Positions 53,095 through 64,000 of a stretch of DNA of 64,000 nucleotides are shown in pieces (within the stretch, counting starts at the first letter, position 1; each line of letters starts with the position of its first letter). Position numbers and translations under genes: made by a program. Below the pieces are notes generated by a model, which saw nothing but the letters and a program-made list of their open reading frames with translations, ran no database searches and was not told the DNA's origin. The DNA comes from Octopus vulgaris. Lineage: Eukaryota. Location: assembly GCA_951406725.2 (NCBI GenBank), contig OX597814.1, positions 151,838,001 through 151,902,000 on the forward strand, given 5' to 3'.

Positions 53095-53620
53095 TCATCT
53101 AGTTTCAGCTCATGAGCTATGGCCATGCTGGGGCACCACCATATAGTGTTGCTACGTAATTTTACTTCAGGAATGCTTTTTAGCTATTTACATTTGGTGC
53201 ATGAGAGAGTTTGATGCAGCTGCCCTCATCTGCAACTCCTGCCACGTAGTTGTTTCATCTTGGACACCTGACAGGAAGAGGTTCAGCTTTATTTTGAGGA
53301 CACCTACATCCACCCCATGCAGGTCTCTCAGGTCCTTCGGGAGGATAATGAAGAGCTGTGGACCTCTGAAGCCCAGTTGATAACAATTTTTTTTTTAAGA
53401 CCTGTCCAAAATAGTAAATTGATAGAATTCTTGGAAGGTTGGATACAATGTTTTACTGTATTTGTTCTGGCTTTTTATATACTGAATGCCTATGTAGGTG
53501 CGTGGCAAATTTGTCCATATCTAGCTGAGATGTCATCTTTTAAATGGCATGTTGAATTGAAGCAAGTATAATGATGCCCAGGGAAGCTGGATGCTGCTGA
53601 TTCTTGCCAACATAATATGG
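53095..53620 (-). mobile_element. CR1/Jockey-group LINE 3' end
   Basis: LGFRGPQLFIILPKDLRDLHGVDVGVLKIKLNLFLSGVQDE...RAAASNSL, then a 3' tail GGTGGTGCCCCAGCATGGCCATAGCTCATGAGCTGAAACTAG. Confidence 0.72.
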
Positions 53621-54139
53621 TCTTTAACTCAGCTGACAAACAGTATTCATCTGCTCATTGTTGTTGGGTAGCACACATTGAGTTACAAATAAAAAATTAC
53701 GTAAGAAGAATATTTAATTTTTACCACATCTTAACATTCTTGTGAAGATGTAAACTCTTAAACTGATAACTTGAAATGTGTGAACTGCTTCTATGTTTGT
53801 ATAAATATATAGAATATTTGTCTGTAATAATTTGTGATAGCTTGTCTAAGTTCATAGCCTTTATTTTTATACCATATTTTCTCTGAGTTTCAGTTCTCTA
53901 GGTCATCAGAACCTTTATTCCAAATCTTTAACTATTTTTGACTACGAAAAATTCCATGACAAGCACATACTGTTTGTCAAGGAAGTCAACATCAGATGTT
54001 TGTCAACCTGACAGCATAGTGAAGGAAGGCATGTGTGTGTGTTTGGCAGTCAATACTGAATATTCACATGCTACTTAAAATACTATTAATCGGCCTTGTA
54101 AACGTTCTTTAATTAATTGTGTTTATATATCTCTTTCAG

Positions 54140-54418
54140 TTCTTTGTCCAATGCCATGGAAAGCAACAAAGTAATGCGTAGCAAAGGTAGAAACAAAAAC
54201 AGGAACTCGGCGAATAACGCTCAGCTTGACGCTCCTTCGTCATCTACCCAGAATCAGCGTAGCGGTGGCGGCAGGATTAGCAGCAACGGTCGGAAGCAGC
54301 GTCGATTAGAACATCTCAAAATGGAGCGGAAGCAGCTTGTTCTGTGGCGCTGGCCGTTGCGGACCACAAAATATTTTTTATTTGAAGTCTGGCATTTACT
54401 TTCCACTTACACAAAACA
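54140..54418 (+). CDS. VMP1: VMP1 exon: (N)SLSNA-MESNKVMRSK...ERKQLVLWRWPLRTTKYFLFEVW...; in-exon ATG at 54156
   Basis: Acceptor ctctttcag|, gccATGG at 54156, donor CA|GTAAGC. ERxxxVLWRxPxxTxxYF matches the VMP1 N-terminal conserved block. Confidence 0.93.
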
Positions 54419-54959
54419 GTAAGCTCTTGAGAATTTTTTTTTTATCTCACCTCATCCCACTTCTTTCCTGATCAATATTGACACTTTTGTATTTAAACTG
54501 GCCATATCCAACCCAAATATTCTACCTGTTTTATGTTCAAACTGTCAAGATCCAGCTTCTTACACCTACCCTTCAATGTCATTCTAAAGATATACAACCA
54601 CATCATCAAAATCCCACATGCCACCGGCACAGGTGCCAGACGAGGCTGGCAATGGCCGCGATCGGTTGGTGCTTTTTATGTGCCACCGGCACGGAGGCCA
54701 GTTAGGGCGGCGCTGGCAATGGCCACGTTTTGATGGTTCTCTTACATGCCACTGGCACTGGTAGGAAAAATAATCAGAACTGTGTACTTATAATTTTGTT
54801 TGATTTCATTAGTTCCTGGGTTAAACAACCAGAACAAAAATGATAACAACTGAAGAGAAAATAATTTTAAGTCCTTCATTAATGAAGCTGGTAAATTTTA
54901 GTTTATTTAGGTGATATGAATGATTGGATCAGTTAGTGGACTTATCTCCTCAGTCTTAC

Positions 54960-55620
54960 ACTGCTTCATTTTTTTTCACATAGCTGTTTGGAGTGAGATG
55001 AGTTAGGAGGCCACATGTTGGAGGAAAAGATTACATGATTGTGAAATTTCTCAGCTGGCCATTCTTGGATCAAAAGGGCTGTGTGGGAGGGAGCAGAATC
55101 TTGTTTGAAAGATAACTGGCCTTCTTTGTACCAACCCTTGGTGCAGCACTTCACCACCATGTCCAGAACCTCAGTGTAGACAGTGGTGCTGACTCTGAGG
55201 CCCAGAAGGATGAAGTGAGGCAATATGACATGATCCTCACTGCTCACAACCCCAGAACAAGCAGAGGTGGTGGCAACTTGACACACATCACTATGGGTAT
55301 CTTCTAGAAATCTGTACAAAGCCACTTGTTCTCCTTTTCACTTTCTGATCCTGTTCGAAGCTCTTCTCGTCTTGAGGAACCAGAGTATGATGAGTTTCTC
55401 TGAATGATGAAGCTTGTTCGGTTGGATCATATGATTTTCTTGGGTCTTCCTAGATGAGAGCTGCTTTCTTTACTCATCATGTAGGACTTTCACATAAAGT
55501 ACAAGTCCTGCAGAATCCCCTGACACATGCAACACACATCTGAGTGGGCCCTGCTGCCATTTGCTATTCATTGAGGGATTCTGCCACTCTGAGCTGCTTA
55601 ATGAGGAAGTTAAAAATCTG
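54960..55620 (-). mobile_element. Decayed Tc1/mariner (DD37D/maT-like) transposase
   Basis: GVVSSEDHVILPHF...GLRVSTTVYTEVL...FKQDSAPSHTA...WPPNSS: second catalytic Asp and the WPPNSPD motif. Confidence 0.8.
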
Positions 55621-56017
55621 GTGCATGGCACTTAACATTGTTAGATTGTCTTCTATTTATGGCTTGCTAAAGTTGTTTTTACAAATACCTAGTTCACTCT
55701 GTGCACAGTAATGGATTGGGGTCAAGATGGGAGCATTTATTTCTAAACTAAAGGTAATAGCACTCTTATTTACTATACTTATTAGTATCCTGGTGGATAA
55801 GAACTCTACTATCCTTCATTTAGTAATAAAGGTTTCTGATTCCAATTCAGCCTGGTATAATGTATCTCCAGGAATAAGACATTTAATAATATTCAGAAAT
55901 CAAATTGATTAAAACATAATGTAGTTGTAAAATTTTTTTTAAATGTTTTGCCAGGTTTAATTGTCAGAAAATTTATAATCTTACAAGTTGTTATTCTTTT
56001 CTCTCCTGTGTTTTAAT

Positions 56018-56245
56018 TTAGTCCTTTGGCATTTAAACTAGTCATTTCAAGCCCAATCATTCTACCTGTTTTATGTCAAAATTGGTCAGATCCAACCTCT
56101 CACACCTACCTGATTATGTTATTCTAAAAATAAACAATTGCATTATTGAAATCTCAAAGCTACAAAATAATGCATGATTAATTCATAACAACGTGAATAA
56201 ATAAGCATAACATTTGACAGAGTAATCCGAATGCTAAAGGGTTAA
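56018..56245. mobile_element. Second TTAA-type MITE family. Other copies: 54478-54612 same orientation; 25091-25525 (SINE-interrupted) and 62506-62667 opposite orientation
   Basis: CCTTTGGCATT...AATGCTAAAGGG-TTAA termini and a shared internal TTCTACCTGTTTTATGT. Confidence 0.7.
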
Positions 56246-56347
56246 ACCCCACCATTTATGAATCCCAGTCAAGTATTTTGATTTCTTGTGAGCTTTCACC
56301 AATTGATTTATCATTTTTTTTACTCTCTTTTATGTTTGTTTCCATAG

Positions 56348-56549
56348 ATTGTTTCAAAGAAAACTTATGGTGCTGGCTATCATACTGGTTCTTCTTATAT
56401 TAAGTGCAGTATATAATCTAAAAGGACCTCACCAACCTTACTTAGCATTGGTGGAAAAGAAACTGTTTTGGTATGCATATTGGATAGGCCTTGGTTTTCT
56501 CTCTTCTGTTGGTCTTGGTACTGGCCTCCATACGTTTGTGCTTTATCTT
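56348..56549 (+). CDS. VMP1: VMP1 exon: [12 protein letters not shown]...[26 protein letters not shown]
   Basis: Acceptor tttccatag|, donor |GTAAGT, phase 2 to 0. Contains the VMP1 signature [24 protein letters not shown]. Confidence 0.97.
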
Positions 56550-57115
56550 GTAAGTAACCCCTTGTTTTTCAATTTTTCTTTTTTTTTTTTTACAGTCTTA
56601 CAATATTTCATAATTAAACTTTAATATTTAACAGCCATGTTATTTAAATATCCTCGAAACCATGTCAGAGATACAGAATAAGGTATTTTCTGAAATTATG
56701 AAAATGGCATTAGGAAGGGCGTCCAGCTGTAGAAACTCTGCCAGATCAAGATTGGAGCCTGGTGCAGCCATCTGGTTCGCCTGCCCTCAGTCAAATCGTC
56801 CAACCCATGCTAGCATGGAAAGCGGACGTTAAACAATGATGATGATGATGTATTACTTGTGGTGCTTATAGCAGTTGTACATGTTAAGCATTGCAATTTG
56901 TTATCAGATATATATGATATGGGCATCACTAGCAGAATTTGAAGCACAACAGATAAAATAATACTTTATATTATTTAGTTACATCTCTTTATTTTATCCT
57001 TTGTTGACTTTTGATTTTTCTGAGAGCTTGTTATACTAGTCAAGTACTGCAATTAGTTTAATAAAATATTCCCTCTCCTGCAAAATATTTGGCCCTGTAC
57101 CAACAGAAAACAGTG

Positions 57116-57147
<32 letters not shown>

Positions 57148-57370
57148 AATGAATTATCTTATTACGGATAATTCGAAGTGAGCAGTCATCGAAAAACTTG
57201 TTGTGCATTTTGTTGGAGAATTAAGTTCCTGGTTTTTCCTGAAGAGAAAGCTGCATAATGGACTCCTTATTCATTCAGAATTAGGGATTTTGCAGACTTC
57301 GAAACATATGTCGAAAATAAAATAAAGGAACTTTGTTAAATCTTCGTTCAGCTCCATTCTTTCCTATACT
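57148..57370 (+). mobile_element. Short hammerhead-bearing element inserted in a (TA)n tract (Penelope-terminal/retrozyme-like)
   Basis: About 223 bp, flanked by (TA)n on both sides (57123-57147 and 57371-57393), CpGs retained, contains the hammerhead. Confidence 0.6.
57223..57333 (+). ncRNA. Type I hammerhead ribozyme (minimal palindromic stem III, long stem II)
   Basis: TTTTC-CTGAAGA-[stem II 57246-57300]-GAAA-CATATG-TC-GAAAA. All core nucleotides are present, the cleavage triplet is GUC at 57310-57312, and stem I is extended by AAGTTCCT/AGGAACTT. Confidence 0.8.
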
Positions 57371-59377
57371 TATATATATATATATATATATATACACATA
57401 CAATAAAAATAATTTGATTCTGTTAATTGGCAGAATGATTTATGCTACATTTTTTAGTTTTATTCAGGATTTCTCAGCATTTCAAGCTCAGAATGCAGTG
57501 TACTTATTTCTGAACTAAAATTTACCCCCCCCCCCAAAAAAAAATCAATGCCGTAAGGGTTGAATTGCTAACCTTGCTAACCTGTTGGCATCATATGTAA
57601 CATAATTTTTATTACGAAAATACAGACGTGAACAACAAGTCTATCAGAATTTCTATTGCTGTCTTGAAGTTGACAACTTCAGTAGCTACATATACAGTTT
57701 GAATGAGATGTGAGCCAATACTTAAAACTCTAAGAAACATATCTTATAAAACACTGAAAATATGATCAAATCACTGTTGATAAACAGCACTGCTGAATAT
57801 TATCCAGATAATATCAGATTGGCTGTGTGGTAAGAAGCTTGCTTCCCAATCACATGGTTCATCTTTTATATAGACACAAAACTAACCAGAGCTTTGTGAG
57901 TGGATTTGGTTGATGGAAACTGAAAGAAGGCTTTGTGTGTGTGTTTATATTTATGTTTGTTTGTTTGTTTGTTTGTTTGTTTGTTTGTATGTATGTGTGT
58001 ATGTATGTATGTATGTATGCATGCATGCATGCATGCTTGTCCACCCACTACCACTTGGCAATTGATATTGTTACACACCCTGTAACTTAGTGGTTCAACA
58101 TAAAGAGACCAAGAGAATAAGTACCAGGCTTTAAAAAAATATTGAAAATAATTACTGGGATCAATTTGTTTAACTAAACCCGTCAAAGTGATGCTCCAGC
58201 ATGGCTGCAGTCCAATGACTGAAACAAAAGATAAGGCGGCAAGCTGGCAGAAACGTTAGCACGCCGGGCAAAATGCTTAGCGGTATTTCATCTGCCGCTT
58301 CGTTCTGAGTTCAAATTCTGCCGAGGTTGACTTTGCCTTTCATCCTTTTGGAGTCAATTAAATAAGTACCAGTTACGCACTGGGGTCGATATAATCCACT
58401 TAATCCATTTGTCTGTCCTTGTTTGTCCTCTCTGTGTTTAGCCCCTTGTGGGTAGTAAAGAAATAGGTATTTCATCTGCTGTTACGTTCTGAGTTCAAAT
58501 TCCACTGAGGTCCACTTTGCCTTTCATCCTTTCGGGGTCGATAAATTAAGTACCAGTTACACACTGGGGTCGATATAATCGACTTAATCCTTTGTCTGTC
58601 CTGGTTTGTCCCCTCTATGTTTAACCCCTTGTGTACAATAAAGAAATAGGAAGCAAATAAAACATAAGTCAAAGATACTGAGGTGGTATTTTGTGACAGG
58701 AAGAACATCCAGCTGTGAAACACTTTAGAATGTTCCATCCAAATCCATGCCAATGTGGAAAACCAAAAGTAAAAATAATTCATATTTGTTATTGTCAGTC
58801 ATCAACTGAAATATCTAAAAAAAAAGAATTATTTGCTATATAGGGACAGGCTTGGCTGTGTGGTTTTTGAATCTTGCTTTGCAGTCATGTGGTTTTGGGT
58901 TCAGTTTAACTGTATGTCATTTTAAGTGGGTGTCTTTTATAGCCCTGGGTCAACCATTGCCTTATGAGTGAATTTGGTAGATGAAATGGATGGACTAGAA
59001 GCCTGTTGTGTGTGTGTGTGTGTGTATACATTATATATGTGTGTCTTTGTGTTTGTCCTCACTTTCACTGCTTGACAACCAGTGTTGGTTTGTTTCTGTC
59101 CAAGTAACTTAGCAGGTTAACAAAAAAAAAAAAAAAATAACAGATTTTAAAATATAAGTACTGGAGTCAGTAAAAGATAAATGATATTGTCAGGTAAAAT
59201 CTTCATACCCTAAAATAATGGTTTTACTTTTTATGAGAATTTTATTATTTTTTATCCAGTTACACTTATTTTTTTTAGATACAGTAGTTTTTGTATTGTC
59301 TTAGAACTGTATCTTCATGAAAAATATATTCAAAGTATTTTTATCCTGTGTGTGAGAAATATGTGTTCTAATTTTAG

Positions 59378-59457
59378 GGTCCTCATATAGCATTGGTAAC
59401 GTTAGCTGCTTTTGAATGTATGTCTGTTGACTTTCCAGAGCCCCCCTACCCTAACAA
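59378..59457 (+). CDS. VMP1: VMP1 exon: GPHIALVTLAAFECMSVDFPEPPYPN(K)
   Basis: Acceptor attttag|, donor |GTGAGT, 80 nt, phase 0 to 2. Matches VMP1 GPHIAxVTLAAxECxSVxFPEPPYP. Not in the ORF track. Confidence 0.97.
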
Positions 59458-60965
59458 GTGAGTATGTTTCTTTTCCTATTAATATTGTTTTGCTGTTATT
59501 TTAGGGACATTCAGCTGGGGTCTCAAACTGTCACGTTCTTTTATTTTGTGCAAATCACTTGTTCAGTTAGGGTTATTGTTACTGAGGGCTATTAAAGGAA
59601 ATCAGTGCTGGCTTTTGTAAAGTTGACTGTTATATAAACATGAAGTGCTGTTTAATTTAGAATCAGAATAAACTTGTCAGTTGTGTCACTTTAAGCATTG
59701 AAAAGTCAGTTTTGTTGATACCATTGTAAACTTAATTCATGTATTAATGTTTATCCTGGTTCTTTTACCCCACTTTTTCCTTTTCTTCTTTTTGATAATT
59801 TTAAATATTTGTTGTTATTGGATGGGTTAGAAGGTCCTGCAAACCCATGTTGTTAAATCAGGTTTTATAGTAGAATAGTGTTGTATATGTCAACTATGAA
59901 ATTGAGATGACACCTGTAAATTGGCTTGATAGAGCAGACTAAGACAAATAAGTACATTACATTTATCTAACAACACAAAGTTTTACCTTATAATTTGTTA
60001 GCCAATTCCACCTGACCCACCTAACTATGGAGAAGGCTATATTAAAACAATGATGATAGTTCATCACTTTAACTCTACAGCTGACACAACTCAGAATTGT
60101 TTGTCTAAAGAATTCTAATAAAAAAAAGAAAAAAGAAATAGTATTATGATAATCCATACTGCACTAAGGACTATAAAAATATGACTGTTTCAAATCTCTG
60201 GAAATTGTTATATTCTTTGTTTTTCCATCTGACTGATAAAAGTCATTGATATTATAAGACCAAATCTTATTATAAGGTGGCAAGCTGGTAGTGTCATTAT
60301 CATGTTGGATAATATGTTTTGTGGCTTTTCTTCCAGCTCTTTATGTTCCGAGTTCAAATCCTGCCCAGGTCAACTTTGCCTTTCATCCCTTTGGAGGGAT
60401 GAATGCACTAGGTTATCGTATAAAGTACCAGTCATGTACTGGAGTTAACTGACTCGTCCCCTCCCTTTAAAATTGCTAGCCTCGAACCCAGCAACAGCCA
60501 GGCATCTCATTCAGTGGGAATGTTGTGATCATGATCACTTATATGCCATGGAAACTGGATAACCAGTCTTATGAGTCCTAGAACCAAAGGAAGAAAACTA
60601 AAGTTTTACTGTATACTCACTATATTTACAAATAGAATATTGTCCTTAAGACAGATTGTTATATTAGACCTGAGAGATACTGGACCAAGATAATAGATTA
60701 TGCTCCCCAGTACTGGTAGAGGTATTATAATTATATTATATTTAATACTGAATTCTATTCTCTAGCTCAAACTACTGATAAGGCTGTCATATATTTGATG
60801 TTGATGGATATAATTAATTAAGTCATAATAAAATTAAACTGTATGCATGTTAGATACACTGTTTCTCGTTTACTTCAGTTAGAAATTTACTCAAAACAAT
60901 ATTTCTGTTTGCTCTATGTGCTTTAGATGAGTTAATAATTTCAAAATTTTCTTACTATTCATCAG

Positions 60966-61047
60966 AATTATTTGTCCGTCAGTTGAATCTAAAACCATGT
61001 CTATATGGATGATAATGAGTAAAGTACGAATGGAGTCTATAATGTGG
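60966..61047 (+). CDS. VMP1: VMP1 exon: IICPSVESKTMSIWMIMSKVRMESIMW
   Basis: Acceptor ttcatcag|, donor |GTAAGT, 82 nt, phase 2 to 0. Matches IICP...SxWxIxSKVRxExxMW. Confidence 0.95.
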
Positions 61048-61329
61048 GTAAGTTGCTTTTGTTTTTACTTTAGCTCTAAGTATGTATGCTCAGATATACA
61101 TATGTGATTATACATTTTAGTCTCTTGATTATTGCAATTATGGCTTTGTAGTTAAGAAGTTCACTTAACAGCTACGTGATTCTGTTTGTTTGAGCCCATT
61201 TTGCAGCACTCTTGGCAAGTGGCTTCTATCATAACCTTGGGTTAACCAAGATGTAAACACCACAGAGAAAATCGATAACTTAGTGCATTCAAATAGAAAT
61301 ATGTGGTGGTTTATTCTGCTTCAGTTTCA

Positions 61330-62460
61330 CAAACACACTTTTGTCATTCCCTCTGTAAACCAGAGGTTATTATAGTAGCTGTAAAAAAAGGTAAAAAGTG
61401 GAGACAGCACTCAGGTGGTTCTAAAAGCTATAGTATGTCTCTGAGTGATTTGCTGCTAATCAGTCAAGTGATTTTTCTCTGGATGTTGTCTAGGACCTTT
61501 GTGTGTGCAGCAGCAGCACCACCATCTGAGATGTGGGAATTAATGCTCTGTTGTGGAGTGGACTTCACTTTAGCTTTGAAGAATGTCAAAAATTGTTGGG
61601 GGATGAAGTATTTTCTGGTCCTGATGAAAGGGCCAGTCTTAAATCTTTATTATAGGCATGTAGCCTGAATAGAGAGTAGACATAACAAGGACAGACAACA
61701 CAAAACATGGGGTACATATAACGAAAAATAAATATGAAATGGAATATTTACAAGGAATAGAATGGAATGGCTTACGAGCCCCCAAAGCTCGCAGTTTCAT
61801 TTTACTGTTCATGTATACAGTTTATGATTATCCGGGGTATTCATCAGTTATGTGCTTTGTCAGTTCCTCCAGCTCAACCACGCTGGGCAAACTGTTGTTA
61901 TGCACACAGTCTAGTCTCCATAACAATGTCGGGGAATAGCTCTGTCAATGAAAGGGCCAGTCTTTGCAATGCAATCCTATCTATGTTAAGAATGTACTTT
62001 TGGTAGAAGTGATCATTGCTGATTGTGAGGCCTAAAATTTGGAGCAGTTGTGTGAGCTTTAGTTGAATGCTGATCATGTCTAGGGGTGAGTGCAATGATG
62101 TTTTCATGATATGAGTAGTGCTTGTGTTTTTTGTTGTTGAAAGAGACAAAATTGGCATGGCCCCCACTAGAGGGTGGTTAGGAGATCTCCATTCATGGAA
62201 ATAAAGCAGGTTTGATGTATGGTGTGGATGCTGCATGTGAATGATGTGCAGTTGGGGAAGGTTAGGGAAGAGTGGGTGTTGTAGTCCTATTGGAATGTAG
62301 GTTATTGATATATAGAAGAAAGAGTGTTGGAGACAGACTTGAATCCTGGGGCTCCTGAGAGCTGATGGTGTGGAACAGAAAGAACTCATTGAAACAAGCC
62401 AGATAATGTGATCTGATGTGAAGCTGTCAGTCTAAAAGATGAGACAGGTAGAACCTACTA
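61330..62460 (-). mobile_element. Old Jockey/CR1-group LINE RT region, heavily decayed
   Basis: Frameshifted remnants of PQGSxLSPTLF...WGxxN...LQILGLTI...YILNIDRIALQRL on the minus strand. Interrupted by a ~170-bp insert at about 61680-61845. Confidence 0.55.
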
Positions 62461-62979
62461 GGAGATTTGTATGGTAGACATAGTTGAACATCAGTATTAC
62501 TTTCATTAACCCTTTAACCATCAGATTATTCTATCAAATGTAGTGATTGTTTACTTTTAGAATGACATTGTAGGGTAGGTGTGAGAGACCAGATGTGGCT
62601 TGTTTGAACATAAAACAGGTAGTATATTTGGGCTGGATATGGCTAGTTTAAATGCTGAAGGGCTAGATTTCTTCTTACCCCCACATCAATGTGGTCAACC
62701 ATTTCGGTCTTGACCATTTTTTCAGACATAGCTTGTCCCAGATTATATTATCTGTTATGTTCCGCTTTTATTTTTTAAGTAATAGTAAGGTGTGATTTAA
62801 GAATAATTTGGCTGTTATTTCTTGCATTTTGTTGAACCACATAGAGGGTCCCTCATTGGTCTATGTGTGTGTATTTACCTAAACCTAAATTGAAGTATCA
62901 CTGATTTTTTAAAATAATTTTAACAATTAATGTTGTCAAACCAATAACAAAAACAACCCAACTTCCAATTGATTTTCAG

Positions 62980-63120
62980 GGAGCTGGAACAGCTATTGGC
63001 GAGCTGCCCCCATACTTCATGGCCAGAACATCTCGTCTTTCAGGATCTGAAAGTGAAGAAGAAGAACTTGGTGAACTAGAAGAGCTGGTGCGCGAAAGAA
63101 ATGCCAACCCCGGGGAACTG
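62980..63120 (+). CDS. VMP1: VMP1 exon: [47 protein letters not shown]; gene continues past the window
   Basis: Acceptor ttttcag|, donor |GTATGC, 141 nt, phase 0 to 0. [16 protein letters not shown] motif of the VMP1 (DedA/VTT) domain. Confidence 0.97.
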
Positions 63121-64000
63121 GTATGCAAATTATTTAATTCATAATATTAATAACCATTGCAAAGATTTATATGTACAAGTGGTTATATTTTATTTTCTTA
63201 TATATCAGCATAGGTGTGGCTGTGTGGTGAGAAGTTAGCTTCCCAACTACATGGTTCCAGGTTCAGTCCCACTGTGTGGTACTTTATGCGAGTGTCTTCT
63301 ACTCTAGCTTTGGGCTGACCAAAGCCTTGTGAATGGATTTGGTAGATGGAAACTGAAAGAAGCCTGTTTTGTGTGTGTGTGTGTGTTTGAAGGTGCATGG
63401 TCTAAAGTTTAGGGTATTTCACTCACAATTGCTACATCATGGGTTCAATTCCTGGATTGGGTGGCATATTGTGTTCTTAAGCAAAACACTTCATTTCACA
63501 TTGTTCCAGTCCACTCAGCTGTAAATGGTTAACCCTGTGATGGAGTAGCCTTCCTATCAGGGAGGATGTTGACCTGCTCACCTAGCCAGCAGGGTGGCCT
63601 CATTCAAAAGCTAAAGCAATGCAAAGCACATTGTGACCAGTGGTGTATAACAACATCCAATAATCTGGTTGATATTGTGATTACTGCAATGTGTATGTGT
63701 GTGTCTTTGTGTGTACCCTTGTCTAGACATCACGTGATGGTGGTAAATGACTGAGGTTGTTCATTTTCAGGCTTCCATGTAAAACATGTCTGGCCTTAGT
63801 GAAATATTATCTTTTAAGGAAACAAATGAAGGTTGACAATAGAGCATCTAGCCATAGATCTGCCTCAACAAATTCTATCTGACCCATGCAAGCATGGAAA
63901 AGTGGATGTTAAATGATGATGATGCTGATGATGATATTGATATATATATATTGTCAGGGTTAACCAACTGAAATTTCATAATATTTAAGTTATAAAAATT

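Noticed and set aside
54140-64000. miR-21, the vertebrate VMP1-linked miRNA
   Set aside because: No matching sequence was seen. It is vertebrate-associated and would lie at the gene's 3' end, outside this window.

Overview
AT-rich, repeat-dense eukaryotic genomic DNA. The SINE/LINE repertoire looks like that of octopod cephalopods (Octopus sp.); this is an inference, not a database hit. The only confidently identified gene is the 5' part of VMP1 (vacuole membrane protein 1/TMEM49) on the + strand, with five phase-compatible coding exons at 54140-63120 that continue beyond the window. A probable first exon at about 17350-17465, in a CpG-retaining promoter-like zone, splices in frame across a ~36.7 kb intron. 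A possible 3' end of an upstream gene lies at about 7.3-8.2 kb. The rest is transposon-derived: three tRNA-headed SINE families, RTE, CR1/Jockey-group, CRE-like and Penelope retroelement fragments, Tc1/mariner relics, TTAA MITEs, Helitrons and microsatellites. Almost all ORFs in the supplied track are spurious. The main observations are an apparently intact type I hammerhead ribozyme in a small (TA)n-inserted element on the sense strand of a VMP1 intron (57223-57333) with decayed relatives elsewhere, a 5S rRNA/RTE-tail chimera, one SINE head carrying tails from two different LINEs, double-hairpin tandem arrays in RTE 3' UTRs, a fold-back RTE hairpin, a composite Helitron with an unexpected flanking duplication, and several short local duplications. 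Repeat boundaries are approximate, read by eye.
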